Virus record (IMG/VR): IMGVR_UViG_3300028454_000499
Span: 1 to 64,000 of that record
Source: a virus
Taxonomy: Duplodnaviria; Caudoviricetes
DNA: 64,000 nt
Direction: 5' to 3' (one strand)
Part shown: positions 46,529-56,044 of the stretch, one piece after another
Numbering within the stretch: position 1 is the stretch's first letter
Layout of the letters: every line of letters begins with the position of its first letter
The notes under the pieces: model-generated
What the model saw: only the letters and a program-made list of their open reading frames with translations
Database searches by the model: none
Told to the model about the DNA's origin: nothing
Made by a program: the position numbers and the translations under genes

Positions 46529-46822
46529 GTGGGCACAATGTGGATTGACGAACAAAACGCGGTTTATTTCTACGATAAAGACAGGCCAGACCAGGTTTAT
46601 TGTTATGATAGATACACCGGCGAAAAATTCAAGGCAAGAATAATATTAAACAAAGAAAAGATAATTGAGAATGTGGGGCAAAAATTATATGACAAATACC
46701 ATCACCAATATTTATTAGTTGACGAAACACAAATAAAGCACCTACCGCGCGAATTTATGAATTATATTCGTAGAAAATCAAAGAATGTAAAATGTGACCT
46801 GTATTGCCATCTAGGATATTAA
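46529..46822 (+). CDS. Early hypothetical protein, 97 aa
   Basis: GTG start after GGAGG. Confidence 0.65.
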   Translation: MGTMWIDEQNAVYFYDKDRPDQVYCYDRYTGEKFKARIILNKEKIIENVGQKLYDKYHHQYLLVDETQIKHLPREFMNYIRRKSKNVKCDLYCHLGY

Positions 46823-46847
46823 CACATGAAAAGAGGTTGATTAAATT

Positions 46848-47183
46848 ATGAAAATGCAAAGAATTATTGATGTATTGCCACATGGTAGCGGTGTTAATTA
46901 TGACTATGAAATTAAAGTCGCGCCGAATGGTAAAAAGATTACTGTATACAACAAATATGACTATATGGACGAAAACGGCTTTTATAACGATGTATTCCCG
47001 TTTTCTGTATCGTTTACCGCTGAAAATGCAACCTTGCATTTTCATAATTTAACCAGCGGTCAATACAAGAAAATTCACCGGGAGGGAATACGCGAATACT
47101 TAGAGGACATTTATTATGATGTGCTAGGCGCAATAATGGGGATTATGCCGTATTCGTTGGATAATGGAGGACACAGAAAATGA
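46848..47183 (+). CDS. Early hypothetical protein, 111 aa
   Basis: LPHGSGVNYDY...MDENGFY. Confidence 0.8.
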   Translation: MKMQRIIDVLPHGSGVNYDYEIKVAPNGKKITVYNKYDYMDENGFYNDVFPFSVSFTAENATLHFHNLTSGQYKKIHREGIREYLEDIYYDVLGAIMGIMPYSLDNGGHRK

Positions 47184-47851
47184 GAATTGAAAAGAAAATT
47201 GTTGCAGCCGTTTATATCCCTGCCCACATTGAAACAACTAAAATCTATGAATTTAATGAACTAGCTCAGGACGTGCAAAGAAAACTGATTGTCAAAGAAT
47301 TTAATAACCTTGACATTGATTTTATTGTCGATGAATGGTTAAACACTGTAAAAGCAATAGGCGAACTTTTAGGGGACCAGCGGCCCCATTACGAAGTCGG
47401 CTATGGTTGCCATAACTACCTTCATTTTAATAATCACAACGAACCAGACGAAGATTTAACAGGTATTCGCGCTATGGCATGGATACAAAACAACTGGATT
47501 AACTACGCTTACAAAGGTAAATACTTTTCAACACCTTTTAGAAAATGCGAAAAATCACCAGAACACCCAGCAGGAATTTATTATAAACACCGCTATTCTA
47601 AAATCATGTTACAGTTAGATAATTGTCCTTTTACCGGCGTATGTTATGATTGCTGTTTTGGCGAAGCATGGAAGGAATACAAGGAACAAATAAGACAAGG
47701 AAAACAATTAACTGTTAATGACTTTGTTTCAATCCTGCAAGAAAAACTGATTGACGATATTACAAAGGAAATTGATTACAGGTATTCAGATGAAGGAATA
47801 AAAAAAGAATTATCGGAAAATGAATACTATGAAAATGGGGAGGTTGCATAA
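47180..47851 (+). CDS. Early hypothetical protein, 223 aa
   Basis: IYEFNEL..., CPFTGVCYD, ENEYYENG C-terminus. Confidence 0.8.
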   Translation: MRIEKKIVAAVYIPAHIETTKIYEFNELAQDVQRKLIVKEFNNLDIDFIVDEWLNTVKAIGELLGDQRPHYEVGYGCHNYLHFNNHNEPDEDLTGIRAMAWIQNNWINYAYKGKYFSTPFRKCEKSPEHPAGIYYKHRYSKIMLQLDNCPFTGVCYDCCFGEAWKEYKEQIRQGKQLTVNDFVSILQEKLIDDITKEIDYRYSDEGIKKELSENEYYENGEVA

Positions 47852-47852
47852 C

Positions 47853-48023
47853 TTGTTAATCCCTAAGAAAAAGCATAGAAAAATAGGTTATTCCTGGGCT
47901 GTATGGAGTACAAAATATAAAAAATGGTGTTATTCGTCAATATTCCACGAATACGCAACGAAACAACAATGTAAAAACGCAATTAGTTATTATATGAAGG
48001 AAGGAAGCATTTACCATGGATAA
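47853..48023 (+). CDS. Early basic hypothetical protein
   Basis: TTG after GGAGG; overlaps next start. Confidence 0.5.
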   Translation: MLIPKKKHRKIGYSWAVWSTKYKKWCYSSIFHEYATKQQCKNAISYYMKEGSIYHG

Positions 48024-48705
48024 ATTAGTAAGCAAAATCCTTGAAGCCATCAACAACGACACTATGAATAATGAGGGGAAAATTATCACTATTCAAAAGT
48101 TATGCGAGGCCGCTATTTACGAAAAAAACAGGGATAAAACCTGCAATACTACCGAAAAAAAGCGTATAAAAACCATTGAAAAATTCATGGATAACGTGGA
48201 TTATAAGCCGGAAATTTGCGGTTATATCATGGTTAGCAAGGAAAAAGCAACGTATACCAACGGGCACATGATGGCAACAATTCCCCGCGAATTCGTGGCT
48301 AACATTCAAAGTAAATATTTTCTGCCTCATACATTGCGCGAATCATTCCCCGATTGTAGCAAGGTCATTCCCAACTTACATTATGGAGTAGAAACCTGTA
48401 CACTCAAATATAGTGACCTTGTATCATTCCAAAAACTGGCAAAGATTGCCAAAAAGGGATTGAGAGGTACAGACCGCGATAGTAAAGATGTTTTCTATGC
48501 TACATTTTCCGATTCTTTAATTCGGGCCTATAACGTAAACTATTTAATCCATTGCTGCGAAGTGGCAGGAGTAAATGAAATTACTTTGACCGTGCCCACC
48601 GGGCGAAAAAATGTATATGTACCTGCCACCATCGACACGGAAAACGGCTGTAAATTCGTGGTATGTGGTATAAAAACACCGAGAACAGGAGAAAAAGCCG
48701 CATGA
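48016..48705 (+). CDS. Hypothetical protein, possibly sliding-clamp-like fold
   Basis: YTNGHMMA, FPDCSKVIP, YNVNYL resemble beta-clamp motifs. Confidence 0.45.
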   Translation: MDKLVSKILEAINNDTMNNEGKIITIQKLCEAAIYEKNRDKTCNTTEKKRIKTIEKFMDNVDYKPEICGYIMVSKEKATYTNGHMMATIPREFVANIQSKYFLPHTLRESFPDCSKVIPNLHYGVETCTLKYSDLVSFQKLAKIAKKGLRGTDRDSKDVFYATFSDSLIRAYNVNYLIHCCEVAGVNEITLTVPTGRKNVYVPATIDTENGCKFVVCGIKTPRTGEKAA

Positions 48706-49274
48706 ATACGATTTTATTATCATGGGACGATGCGACAAAACTATTAGAATGGGCCTTAGAAAATAAACCGCTGGTTTATCAATTCCCAGAACCATTGAAA
48801 AATGTTTGCATAACCATTGAAAACTGGGAGGCGAAAATAGAACGCAATGGAAACAAGGTCAAAATTCGTCACCGCATGGACGGCCAAAGAAAAGGTGACC
48901 AAGAATTTAAGCTAGGTCACCCGGTACGCTGGACCAGCGATAAAACAGAACTAATCGGACCAGACAAACAAACTATGATAACTGTTTACGCTGCGGCTAT
49001 GGCATATATGGTATATGCACCGAAAAGGGTATCAAAGAAACCACACAAGACGGCAGGAAACACCCAAGGAAAGCCAAGGAAGGCCACAAAAGGCTATACC
49101 TATATACTCCATAGCATAAGCACCCAAGCACCACAGGGAGGCCACCACAGAAGCCCACAAGGTATATTTACTGTAAGAGGTCATTACAGGCACTATAAGA
49201 ACGGCAAAGTTCTATGGATAGCCGAATATAAAAAAGGCACTGGTAAAGAATTAGAGAGGACGTATAAACTATGA
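48702..49274 (+). CDS. Hypothetical protein with C-terminal VRGHYRH motif
   Basis: HRSP..IFTVRGHYRHYKNGKVLWI..YKKG; ATGA coupling. Confidence 0.75.
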   Translation: MNTILLSWDDATKLLEWALENKPLVYQFPEPLKNVCITIENWEAKIERNGNKVKIRHRMDGQRKGDQEFKLGHPVRWTSDKTELIGPDKQTMITVYAAAMAYMVYAPKRVSKKPHKTAGNTQGKPRKATKGYTYILHSISTQAPQGGHHRSPQGIFTVRGHYRHYKNGKVLWIAEYKKGTGKELERTYKL

Positions 49275-49978
49275 TTATCAAAACAGGTACACTGAAAGAA
49301 TTTAATGGAATAAAATTTTACGATGGAGAAACCATCACTAAAACCCGTAACCTCAACAAAGAAAATGTAATTCTTCCCGATAAATGGCGGGAAGAAATTA
49401 CAGACAAGTACGGATATACAAAAGCATACTTTGTTCAAGTACGGGGTATTGAACTTAACGAAAATATCCGTAATGCAAGAAAATTAAACATTGAGAAAAA
49501 CGATGTATTCTCGTTGTCTGAATATGACGAACCTAGCAGAGAAAAAGAAAAAATCCTTTATATTCCTGCAAAGTTAGAACCACAGGGAACTACCCGCAAA
49601 ATGGAAAGCAAAAAAGGATATTGGCTATACGAAAAAAACCTTGTGAATTTCCCTATAGTAGTCAACGTGGAATTATGGAAGGAAATCACCAAAGAGCAGG
49701 CCGATAACTACTGTAAAGAATGGGGAGGGACAAGGAACGGCACAAAATTTGTAAAACGATTGGACGATGGGCGTTATGTGTGCATGGATACCATAGAGGT
49801 CACTTTCCCCTATTTCTCCCTGCTGACCTATAAGGAATCCGTAAAAAGTGACTACGGGCAGCGACTGGAAACAATGGTAAAAACCATTAAGGAAAAAGCA
49901 GGGGTTCACATTGACAAATACAGTCTTGAAAAACTGCTTGAAGTTTATGATATTACACCGAAAAAACAGGAGGATTAA
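49271..49978 (+). CDS. Hypothetical protein, 235 aa
   Basis: ATGA coupling. Confidence 0.75.
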   Translation: MIIKTGTLKEFNGIKFYDGETITKTRNLNKENVILPDKWREEITDKYGYTKAYFVQVRGIELNENIRNARKLNIEKNDVFSLSEYDEPSREKEKILYIPAKLEPQGTTRKMESKKGYWLYEKNLVNFPIVVNVELWKEITKEQADNYCKEWGGTRNGTKFVKRLDDGRYVCMDTIEVTFPYFSLLTYKESVKSDYGQRLETMVKTIKEKAGVHIDKYSLEKLLEVYDITPKKQED

Positions 49979-49981
49979 ACC

Positions 49982-50239
49982 ATGGATAAGCGCAATTATG
50001 AAAAAGAAAATATTACCTGGTGCATTGCAAAGTTAAATAAAATGTGTGATTATGCGCGTATCCAGCGTTGTACTCATGCAGCCGGTAATCCATTTGATAA
50101 GCCACATTATCAAATTGTTATCAATGGATATGCTATTGTATCGTACTATGGTTTTTCTGAACTGGCTGACCGCATTGCTGACTTTGTAAATACCTTTGAA
50201 GCCGGATATAAAGTAGCTAATGGCATGGAATGTTTATAA
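49982..50239 (+). CDS. Hypothetical protein, 85 aa
   Basis: GGAGG RBS. Confidence 0.7.
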   Translation: MDKRNYEKENITWCIAKLNKMCDYARIQRCTHAAGNPFDKPHYQIVINGYAIVSYYGFSELADRIADFVNTFEAGYKVANGMECL

Positions 50240-50252
50240 GTGGAGGGGGCTT

Positions 50253-50492
50253 ATGATTAAGAATGTGTTTGTGGTTTGCTTTACCGATGGAGAACCACAA
50301 GATAGATATTATGCTGACACTACGAATGGCCGGATGGAACTATGGGAATCATTAAAACTATTTGCAGAGAATGACATTGTTTGCTTGGATAACGATTTTG
50401 ACCACTATAGCCATATCATGTTTGGCACTCCCGAAAAATGCAACGAGCACATGGCAAATTGTATTATTGACAGAATAGAAGTGAGGGGATAA
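50253..50492 (+). CDS. Hypothetical protein, 79 aa
   Basis: GGAGG RBS before MIKNV. Confidence 0.7.
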   Translation: MIKNVFVVCFTDGEPQDRYYADTTNGRMELWESLKLFAENDIVCLDNDFDHYSHIMFGTPEKCNEHMANCIIDRIEVRG

Positions 50493-50494
50493 CA

Positions 50495-50830
50495 ATGCTA
50501 AAGAAACTGGAAGAAATTTTAATTAAACATGAGATACAGTTTGATGTGAGCAAAACCGACAAGAACTGTTATGAATTTCGTTGGCTTAACGGCGAAGCTG
50601 ACATGAGAGAAGAAGTTGAGGGAGAAACCTTAGAAGAAATCGCAGAAGAACTGTATAAAGCCTATGAAAACTTCGATGTGGATACAGAAACTGCCCTATG
50701 GATTGGCGAGGACGGACACGGCAAAAACGGTGCGCCCTATCATATCCGCGATATTATTCAAGAATTTGAACGATATGAGCAAGATTTAGACGATTTGTGG
50801 ACGGCTATAAAACAGGAGGCAGACAAATGA
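50495..50830 (+). CDS. Acidic hypothetical protein, 111 aa
   Basis: NFDVDTETALWIG.DGHGKNGAPY. Confidence 0.75.
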   Translation: MLKKLEEILIKHEIQFDVSKTDKNCYEFRWLNGEADMREEVEGETLEEIAEELYKAYENFDVDTETALWIGEDGHGKNGAPYHIRDIIQEFERYEQDLDDLWTAIKQEADK

Positions 50831-50859
50831 GTGTATGTGAAGGAAACGGAGGTTATCGA

Positions 50860-51057
50860 ATGAACGAACTTATGATAATCTTGCAGGACAACACCTATAT
50901 GTATTACCAGACCGCTGAAAATACCGCCCAAAATGCCCTGCAAAACTTCTACACCACCTGCACCAGCAATGGAATCAATCTGGATAACATTGTGATAGCA
51001 GAGTGCCGGCTTAGAAATTCACGGCAAAAGGATATTGATATTTTTATTGTTAATTAA
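50860..51057 (+). CDS. Hypothetical protein, 65 aa
   Basis: GGAGG RBS before MNELM. Confidence 0.6.
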   Translation: MNELMIILQDNTYMYYQTAENTAQNALQNFYTTCTSNGINLDNIVIAECRLRNSRQKDIDIFIVN

Positions 51058-51060
51058 ATA

Positions 51061-51111
51061 TGTCTTTTTATAAAAATAATAATTGTAAAAGTATTTTCTC
51101 CATGATATAAT
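51061..51111 (+). promoter_or_regulatory. Recombinase promoter with the same upstream element as the early promoter
   Basis: TGTCTTTTTATAAAAATAAT-aa-TTGTAA-17-TATAAT. Confidence 0.8.
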
Positions 51112-51143
51112 GGAAGAAATGAACACAAACGGGAGGGTTAAAC

Positions 51144-51950
51144 ATGGACTACACAGAGTTTTTGGAAGAAGTACGGAAAACACGCCGGGAATCAACATAT
51201 AACAGCTACAGAATGGCACTTGAAAAATTCCCTAACGGAACCGAAGAAGAAATCATCGACTATATTGACCAGTCACCGCACCTTGGCAGCACAAAGAAAA
51301 GCAACCTGCGAATCCTCCGCATGGCTCTGGACTACAACGGAGCACTAACCAAAGGAATCAAACGGATAATCAAATCCTACCGCCCCGACGAATCCCTCCA
51401 GGAGTGCCCCACGGACACACAGGTAGAAAAGGTATGGGAACACCTGCCGTCCCTGCGCGAAAAAGCAATGTTCGCCCTCATGACCTACATGGGCTTCCGT
51501 GTTGGCGAAGTCCGGAACTTGAATCTCAACGACATCACCGACAATGGCATGATAATCATTCGGAAATCCAAAGGACACCGCCCCGACATTATGCCGATGG
51601 TTCACCAGCGAGTGGACGAATCCATCCGGGCTTACCTCCATGAACGCAGACAATCCGATGATAATGCCCTCTTTACCGGACCTCATGGCCGTCTTAACCT
51701 TGGCTACATGAAAAACCTTTTCTCCAAACAATTCAAAGGTAACGGACTGCCACAATTCCACTGCCACTCCCTGCGCCGCTACTTTGCAAACTCCATGTAC
51801 AACAACGGCGTTTCCCTTCTGGATATGCAGGACAATATGCGGCATAAATCCCCGGAAACCACAAAACGCTACTTGAACCTTGGACAGCAGAACCGTATAG
51901 AAGCAATGCGGAAAACATGGGGCAACAACGTTTCGAGGAGGTTTGCGTGA
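51144..51950 (+). CDS. Tyrosine recombinase (short, Xer/resolvase-like)
   Basis: GFRVGEV (R), KSKG (K), HSLRR (HxxR), MRH..PETTKRY (H, Y). Confidence 0.92.
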   Translation: MDYTEFLEEVRKTRRESTYNSYRMALEKFPNGTEEEIIDYIDQSPHLGSTKKSNLRILRMALDYNGALTKGIKRIIKSYRPDESLQECPTDTQVEKVWEHLPSLREKAMFALMTYMGFRVGEVRNLNLNDITDNGMIIIRKSKGHRPDIMPMVHQRVDESIRAYLHERRQSDDNALFTGPHGRLNLGYMKNLFSKQFKGNGLPQFHCHSLRRYFANSMYNNGVSLLDMQDNMRHKSPETTKRYLNLGQQNRIEAMRKTWGNNVSRRFA

Positions 51951-52006
51951 TGATTCATCTTATCTGTATTACCATTGGCGTATTTTGGTTACTACTGAAA
52001 CTGTAA
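51950..52006 (+). CDS. Possible 18-aa hydrophobic micropeptide
   Basis: MIHLICITIGVFWLLLKL; TGATG overlap; GGAGG upstream. Confidence 0.35.
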   Translation: MIHLICITIGVFWLLLKL

Positions 52007-52019
52007 GGGGGCAATAAAA

Positions 52020-52586
52020 ATGATGGTATTCAAAGCAGGGGAACAATATCCCCTGGCTGACACACGAGGCAAACAGGGCTTCTTCTTCGACTACTCCGAG
52101 GACAACATAGCAAAACTGACTTGCTGCTTCCCCAACATGACCAAAAGGGAAAGCGACCTAATCCTTGAAGAACACGGAATCGTAGGACTATTCATGTACC
52201 AGGGCGTTATCTTTTTCACCGCCAAATTCGGCCCCGTCGATGGCGATGCCGCCTATCACATTGGTATGCACGAGCATCCGGAACAGATTACCGTGGAAAA
52301 TCCCCCGGACGGAACCGGTATGCCTCTCTACATATTCGCCGTAGACAGCGCAACCAATATCCTCATAGGCACACGCCTGTGCGGTCTTGGTACGAGATTC
52401 ACCCGTGACTTCCGCAAAATGACCGAAGAACAACGCCGCATGACCTTTGACGAACCCACCTTCATCCAGAGCGTGATGGAATGTCAGAACCGCTGGACTA
52501 CCAAAGACCTGCACCGCATGGCCACAACCTACAAACTGGGCACAAAAGAAGGTGAACACCCGTTGGATATATTCTGTACACCATGA
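52020..52586 (+). CDS. Hypothetical protein, 188 aa
   Basis: GGGGG RBS. Confidence 0.75.
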   Translation: MMVFKAGEQYPLADTRGKQGFFFDYSEDNIAKLTCCFPNMTKRESDLILEEHGIVGLFMYQGVIFFTAKFGPVDGDAAYHIGMHEHPEQITVENPPDGTGMPLYIFAVDSATNILIGTRLCGLGTRFTRDFRKMTEEQRRMTFDEPTFIQSVMECQNRWTTKDLHRMATTYKLGTKEGEHPLDIFCTP

Positions 52587-52612
52587 TATAATTAGGATAA
52601 GCAAGAGCAGAG

Positions 52613-52876
52613 GTGACCGTAATGAGCGATTGGACAGAATTAGTTTTAGTAATCCGTGACGATGAAGTAAACGCTATGCCCCCAGAGCAAGAACTGGCAA
52701 AGCTAAGACAGGAATTAGAGAATTGGCGTTGGGAACAGATTGCACCGCTTACCTTTAAGCAAGATGTATACAAAGATAACTTACAGATTGTCTTGGATAA
52801 CATAGATGAACTACCGCAGAAATATAGAGTTGAATTTTATGTATACCATTCTAAGAAATTAGCAGTATTATCCTAA
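52613..52876 (+). CDS. Hypothetical protein, 87 aa
   Basis: GAGG RBS. Confidence 0.6.
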   Translation: MTVMSDWTELVLVIRDDEVNAMPPEQELAKLRQELENWRWEQIAPLTFKQDVYKDNLQIVLDNIDELPQKYRVEFYVYHSKKLAVLS

Positions 52877-52936
52877 AGTGCCAGGAATGTTATCGGCTTT
52901 ATAAGGTAATAAACAAGACCATAAAGGATAATCAAA

Positions 52937-53101
52937 ATGAAACTAAAATCACTTGGAGATGAAGAACTCCGTAAAGAATATGAAACCAAAGTAAAAGAAC
53001 TCTTTAAGGAACACAACATATCCGAGGATGATGGTTTTGAATTGGCGAATAAGATATTAGAGTATGCCCTTAGCTTGAAAGACAAAGACGAACAAAAGTG
53101 A
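52937..53101 (+). CDS. Hypothetical protein, 54 aa
   Basis: Manual: MKLKSLGDEELRKEYETKVK...; AAGGA RBS. Confidence 0.55.
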   Translation: MKLKSLGDEELRKEYETKVKELFKEHNISEDDGFELANKILEYALSLKDKDEQK

Positions 53102-53182
53102 CCATTTTCTTACCACGCTAGGCATATATGTCGGCGTGGTTATCTGTTTTCTTGAAATACGAATAACTACAGGAATAGAGGT

Positions 53183-54118
53183 ATGATATTTATGAGTGAA
53201 CTTACAGCAGTTAGCCTGTTCTGTGGAGCAGGTGGATTAGATATTGGTTTTGAAAATGCAGGATTTAAGACCATTTGGGCTAATGATTTTAATGAGGACG
53301 CTTGCAAAACCCATCAGAATTGGAGTGACGCAAAAGTTTATTGCGGTGATATTTCCAAAGTTGATATGACTACAATTCCTCAATCTGATATAATTTTAGG
53401 TGGTTTCCCCTGCCAAGGTTTTAGCTTATCTGGACCACGTAAGATTGACGATTCCAGAAACACTCTTTATAAACACTATGTAAAACTTGTACGGCAAAAC
53501 AAACCAAAGGCTTTCATTGGAGAGAACGTAAAAGGATTACTTACAATGGGTGATGGAAAAATCATCGAAGCTATTATTGAAGATTTTTCAAATTGCGGTT
53601 ATGATGTATATTATAAGTTAGTCAACGCAAAAAACTTTGGTGTACCTCAAGACCGAGAACGTGTTATTATCGTAGGATTTCGCAAGGATTTAGGCATAAA
53701 GGATTTTTCTTTACCAGAGAGCAACGGCAAACATACCACATTAGGAGAAGCACTAGCAGACCTTCCCCCCGCAAAGCCAGATGAAGTCTGCGATGCCCCT
53801 TATTCTTCCCGCTATATGTCACGAAACAGAAAACGTGGCTGGGATGATGTGTCTTACACGATTCCAGCTATGGCAAAACAGGTGACTTTATGGCCCGGTT
53901 CTCCAGATATGGAAAAATTAGATAGGGATTTGTGGAAATTCGGTGAAGGAACTACGAGAAGGTTGAGCTGGAGAGAAGCCGCTGCTATCCAAACATTTCC
54001 CAAAGACCTCGAATTTAGCGGTAACTTGGTTAGCATTTACAAACAAATCGGCAATGCTGTACCTGTAAAATTGGCAGAAGCAGTTGCAGAATATGTAAAA
54101 CCATATTTAGATAAATAA
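53183..54118 (+). CDS. C5-cytosine DNA methyltransferase (HaeIII-like)
   Basis: LFCGAGG, GGFPCQGFS, ENVKG, PQDRERV, YMSRNR TRD, YKQIGNAVP. Confidence 0.95.
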   Translation: MIFMSELTAVSLFCGAGGLDIGFENAGFKTIWANDFNEDACKTHQNWSDAKVYCGDISKVDMTTIPQSDIILGGFPCQGFSLSGPRKIDDSRNTLYKHYVKLVRQNKPKAFIGENVKGLLTMGDGKIIEAIIEDFSNCGYDVYYKLVNAKNFGVPQDRERVIIVGFRKDLGIKDFSLPESNGKHTTLGEALADLPPAKPDEVCDAPYSSRYMSRNRKRGWDDVSYTIPAMAKQVTLWPGSPDMEKLDRDLWKFGEGTTRRLSWREAAAIQTFPKDLEFSGNLVSIYKQIGNAVPVKLAEAVAEYVKPYLDK

Positions 54119-54133
54119 GGGAGTGTTTTTGGC

Positions 54134-55102
54134 TTGGCAAAACAATTAGATAACGGTAAGGCTTTTGAATACGCTTGTTTAGAGGCTCTTTACCGAGCAT
54201 TAAAAGAATATGGTGAAGTGTCCATAGAACCCAGCGCACCATTAGAAACAGCAAAAGGCAAATATCTGGATTTACCTAAAGATACTCAAAACAACTTAAC
54301 AGACGCAGCCAATGCTGCTACTCGTGTTATTTCTAGGCTTGAACCTCAATTAAAATATGAGGATAATTCTGCGCCATTAGTTTTAGCTATTCAATCTGAT
54401 GCACATGGGATCGCTGGGGATGTTCGCGATGTGGTATGTATTCGCCGCAAGAATAAATGGGAAATAGGTTTATCATGTAAACATAACCACCATGCCGTAA
54501 AGCATAGCCGACTTTCTAGGACTATTGATTTTGGAAGCGAATGGATTGGAACACCTTGCTCTAAGCAATATTTTTTGGAAATCAATCAGCTTTTTGATGA
54601 ATTACAACGTATAAAGGATAATGCTGCTCGTGAAGGTAGAAAAGCATTATGGAGCGAAATACAAAACAAAAGCGAGCGTTTTTACAAACCTCTTTTACAA
54701 TCGTTTATGGACGAACTAAATCGTTTATCCATAGCTGATAAAGACGCTCCTAGCAAGTTAATACAATATCTTATCGGTAGATATGATTTTTATAAGGTTA
54801 TTACTGATGATAGACATAGAACCACAAGAGTTGAAGCCGTAAATTTAGCCGGGACTTTGAATAGACCTGTAAAAAATCATAAATCCATTGTTGATATACC
54901 AAAACTCCGTTTTCCATCAAAGTTTTACCATATAGGATTTAAGGATAATTCTGATAATACCATAGAGGTTGTTTGCGATGAAGGATGGACAATTTCGATG
55001 CGTATTCACAATGCCAGTTCAAAAGTAGAAACATCATTAAAATTTGATGTAACACTAATATCTCTCCCTAGTTCTATATATGCACAAGTAGAACCGTGGT
55101 AA
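54134..55102 (+). CDS. Type II restriction endonuclease, HaeIII family
   Basis: NGKAFEYA, Q.D..G..GDVRDV, EIGLSCKHNH.AVKHSRLS, RIHNASSKVE.SLKFD; adjacent to cognate MTase. Confidence 0.85.
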   Translation: MAKQLDNGKAFEYACLEALYRALKEYGEVSIEPSAPLETAKGKYLDLPKDTQNNLTDAANAATRVISRLEPQLKYEDNSAPLVLAIQSDAHGIAGDVRDVVCIRRKNKWEIGLSCKHNHHAVKHSRLSRTIDFGSEWIGTPCSKQYFLEINQLFDELQRIKDNAAREGRKALWSEIQNKSERFYKPLLQSFMDELNRLSIADKDAPSKLIQYLIGRYDFYKVITDDRHRTTRVEAVNLAGTLNRPVKNHKSIVDIPKLRFPSKFYHIGFKDNSDNTIEVVCDEGWTISMRIHNASSKVETSLKFDVTLISLPSSIYAQVEPW

Positions 55103-55107
55103 ATGCT

Positions 55108-55296
55108 ATGAAAAAAATTTACTATACCATTTATCTGACAAAAACTGACGAAATCGTAGCCTCTGGCACGAGCAAAGAATGTATGAAACAGTTAAATAAA
55201 AAATCATTAAACTCGTTTCATAGCTTGGTAAGCAAAAGCCAAAAAGGTATTCGAGAAAAATATACCGTTTATAAAGAATATCTGGAGGAAGATTAA
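55108..55296 (+). CDS. Small basic DNA-binding-like protein
   Basis: IVASGTSKECMKQL (NUMOD/HTH-like). Confidence 0.55.
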   Translation: MKKIYYTIYLTKTDEIVASGTSKECMKQLNKKSLNSFHSLVSKSQKGIREKYTVYKEYLEED

Positions 55297-55309
55297 CTAG
55301 GTAAGCATT

Positions 55310-56044
55310 ATGAACAAAACAGACATAGAGCAAATTCGGCAGATTACACTTGCCCTATACGACGAGCCTATTGCGTTAGTAAATGGTTCTGAATACCTAT
55401 GCAATCACCCATACACCCACACCATCTATATCCATTACCCTCCTGCCGTAGACCGCCTGGACCTATCCAATTCCTCCGACAAGGCTTACTACCGTAGAGA
55501 GATTGCGGAATCATTAAGCAAAGCCAGTGTCGCTCTCTGCTATGCTTACATACAGACTGCATTTAAGCTGACATGGTTCAAGAAATGCAGCCCGTATCTG
55601 TCCGATAGGCTTTATGCAAAGTATTTGAAGTCCGCATGGCTGGACGAATTTAACCCAAACATGGATGCCAATGTCAGTCGCCAAGAAGTCATCGAATACT
55701 TCCGAAAAGCCAAAAAGGGGTATATAATGGATAAGGACGAGCGTCAGCATTTCGACAATCTCTCTGATACCATAACCATATACCGCGGCGTTTCTCCCCA
55801 TCGAGAAAAATATGGACTAAGTTGGACTGACAACAAAAACATTGCCCTCGAATATATGAAAAAATTTGCTACCGAGGGCGAACAAGGCATATTACTAAGG
55901 GCAACCATAAGTAAGAATCATGTATTATGCTATATAAACACCCTAAAAGAATGTGAACTTATTGTCGATGTATTTGCCATTATGGATAAAATAGAACCAT
56001 ACCAGGGAAGAAATATGAACAATATAAAGGAGATAGAATGTTAA
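55310..56044 (+). CDS. Putative ADP-ribosyltransferase-fold protein (R-S-E type)
   Basis: ITIYRGV...GLSWTDNKNIALEY...KECELIV. Confidence 0.55.
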   Translation: MNKTDIEQIRQITLALYDEPIALVNGSEYLCNHPYTHTIYIHYPPAVDRLDLSNSSDKAYYRREIAESLSKASVALCYAYIQTAFKLTWFKKCSPYLSDRLYAKYLKSAWLDEFNPNMDANVSRQEVIEYFRKAKKGYIMDKDERQHFDNLSDTITIYRGVSPHREKYGLSWTDNKNIALEYMKKFATEGEQGILLRATISKNHVLCYINTLKECELIVDVFAIMDKIEPYQGRNMNNIKEIEC

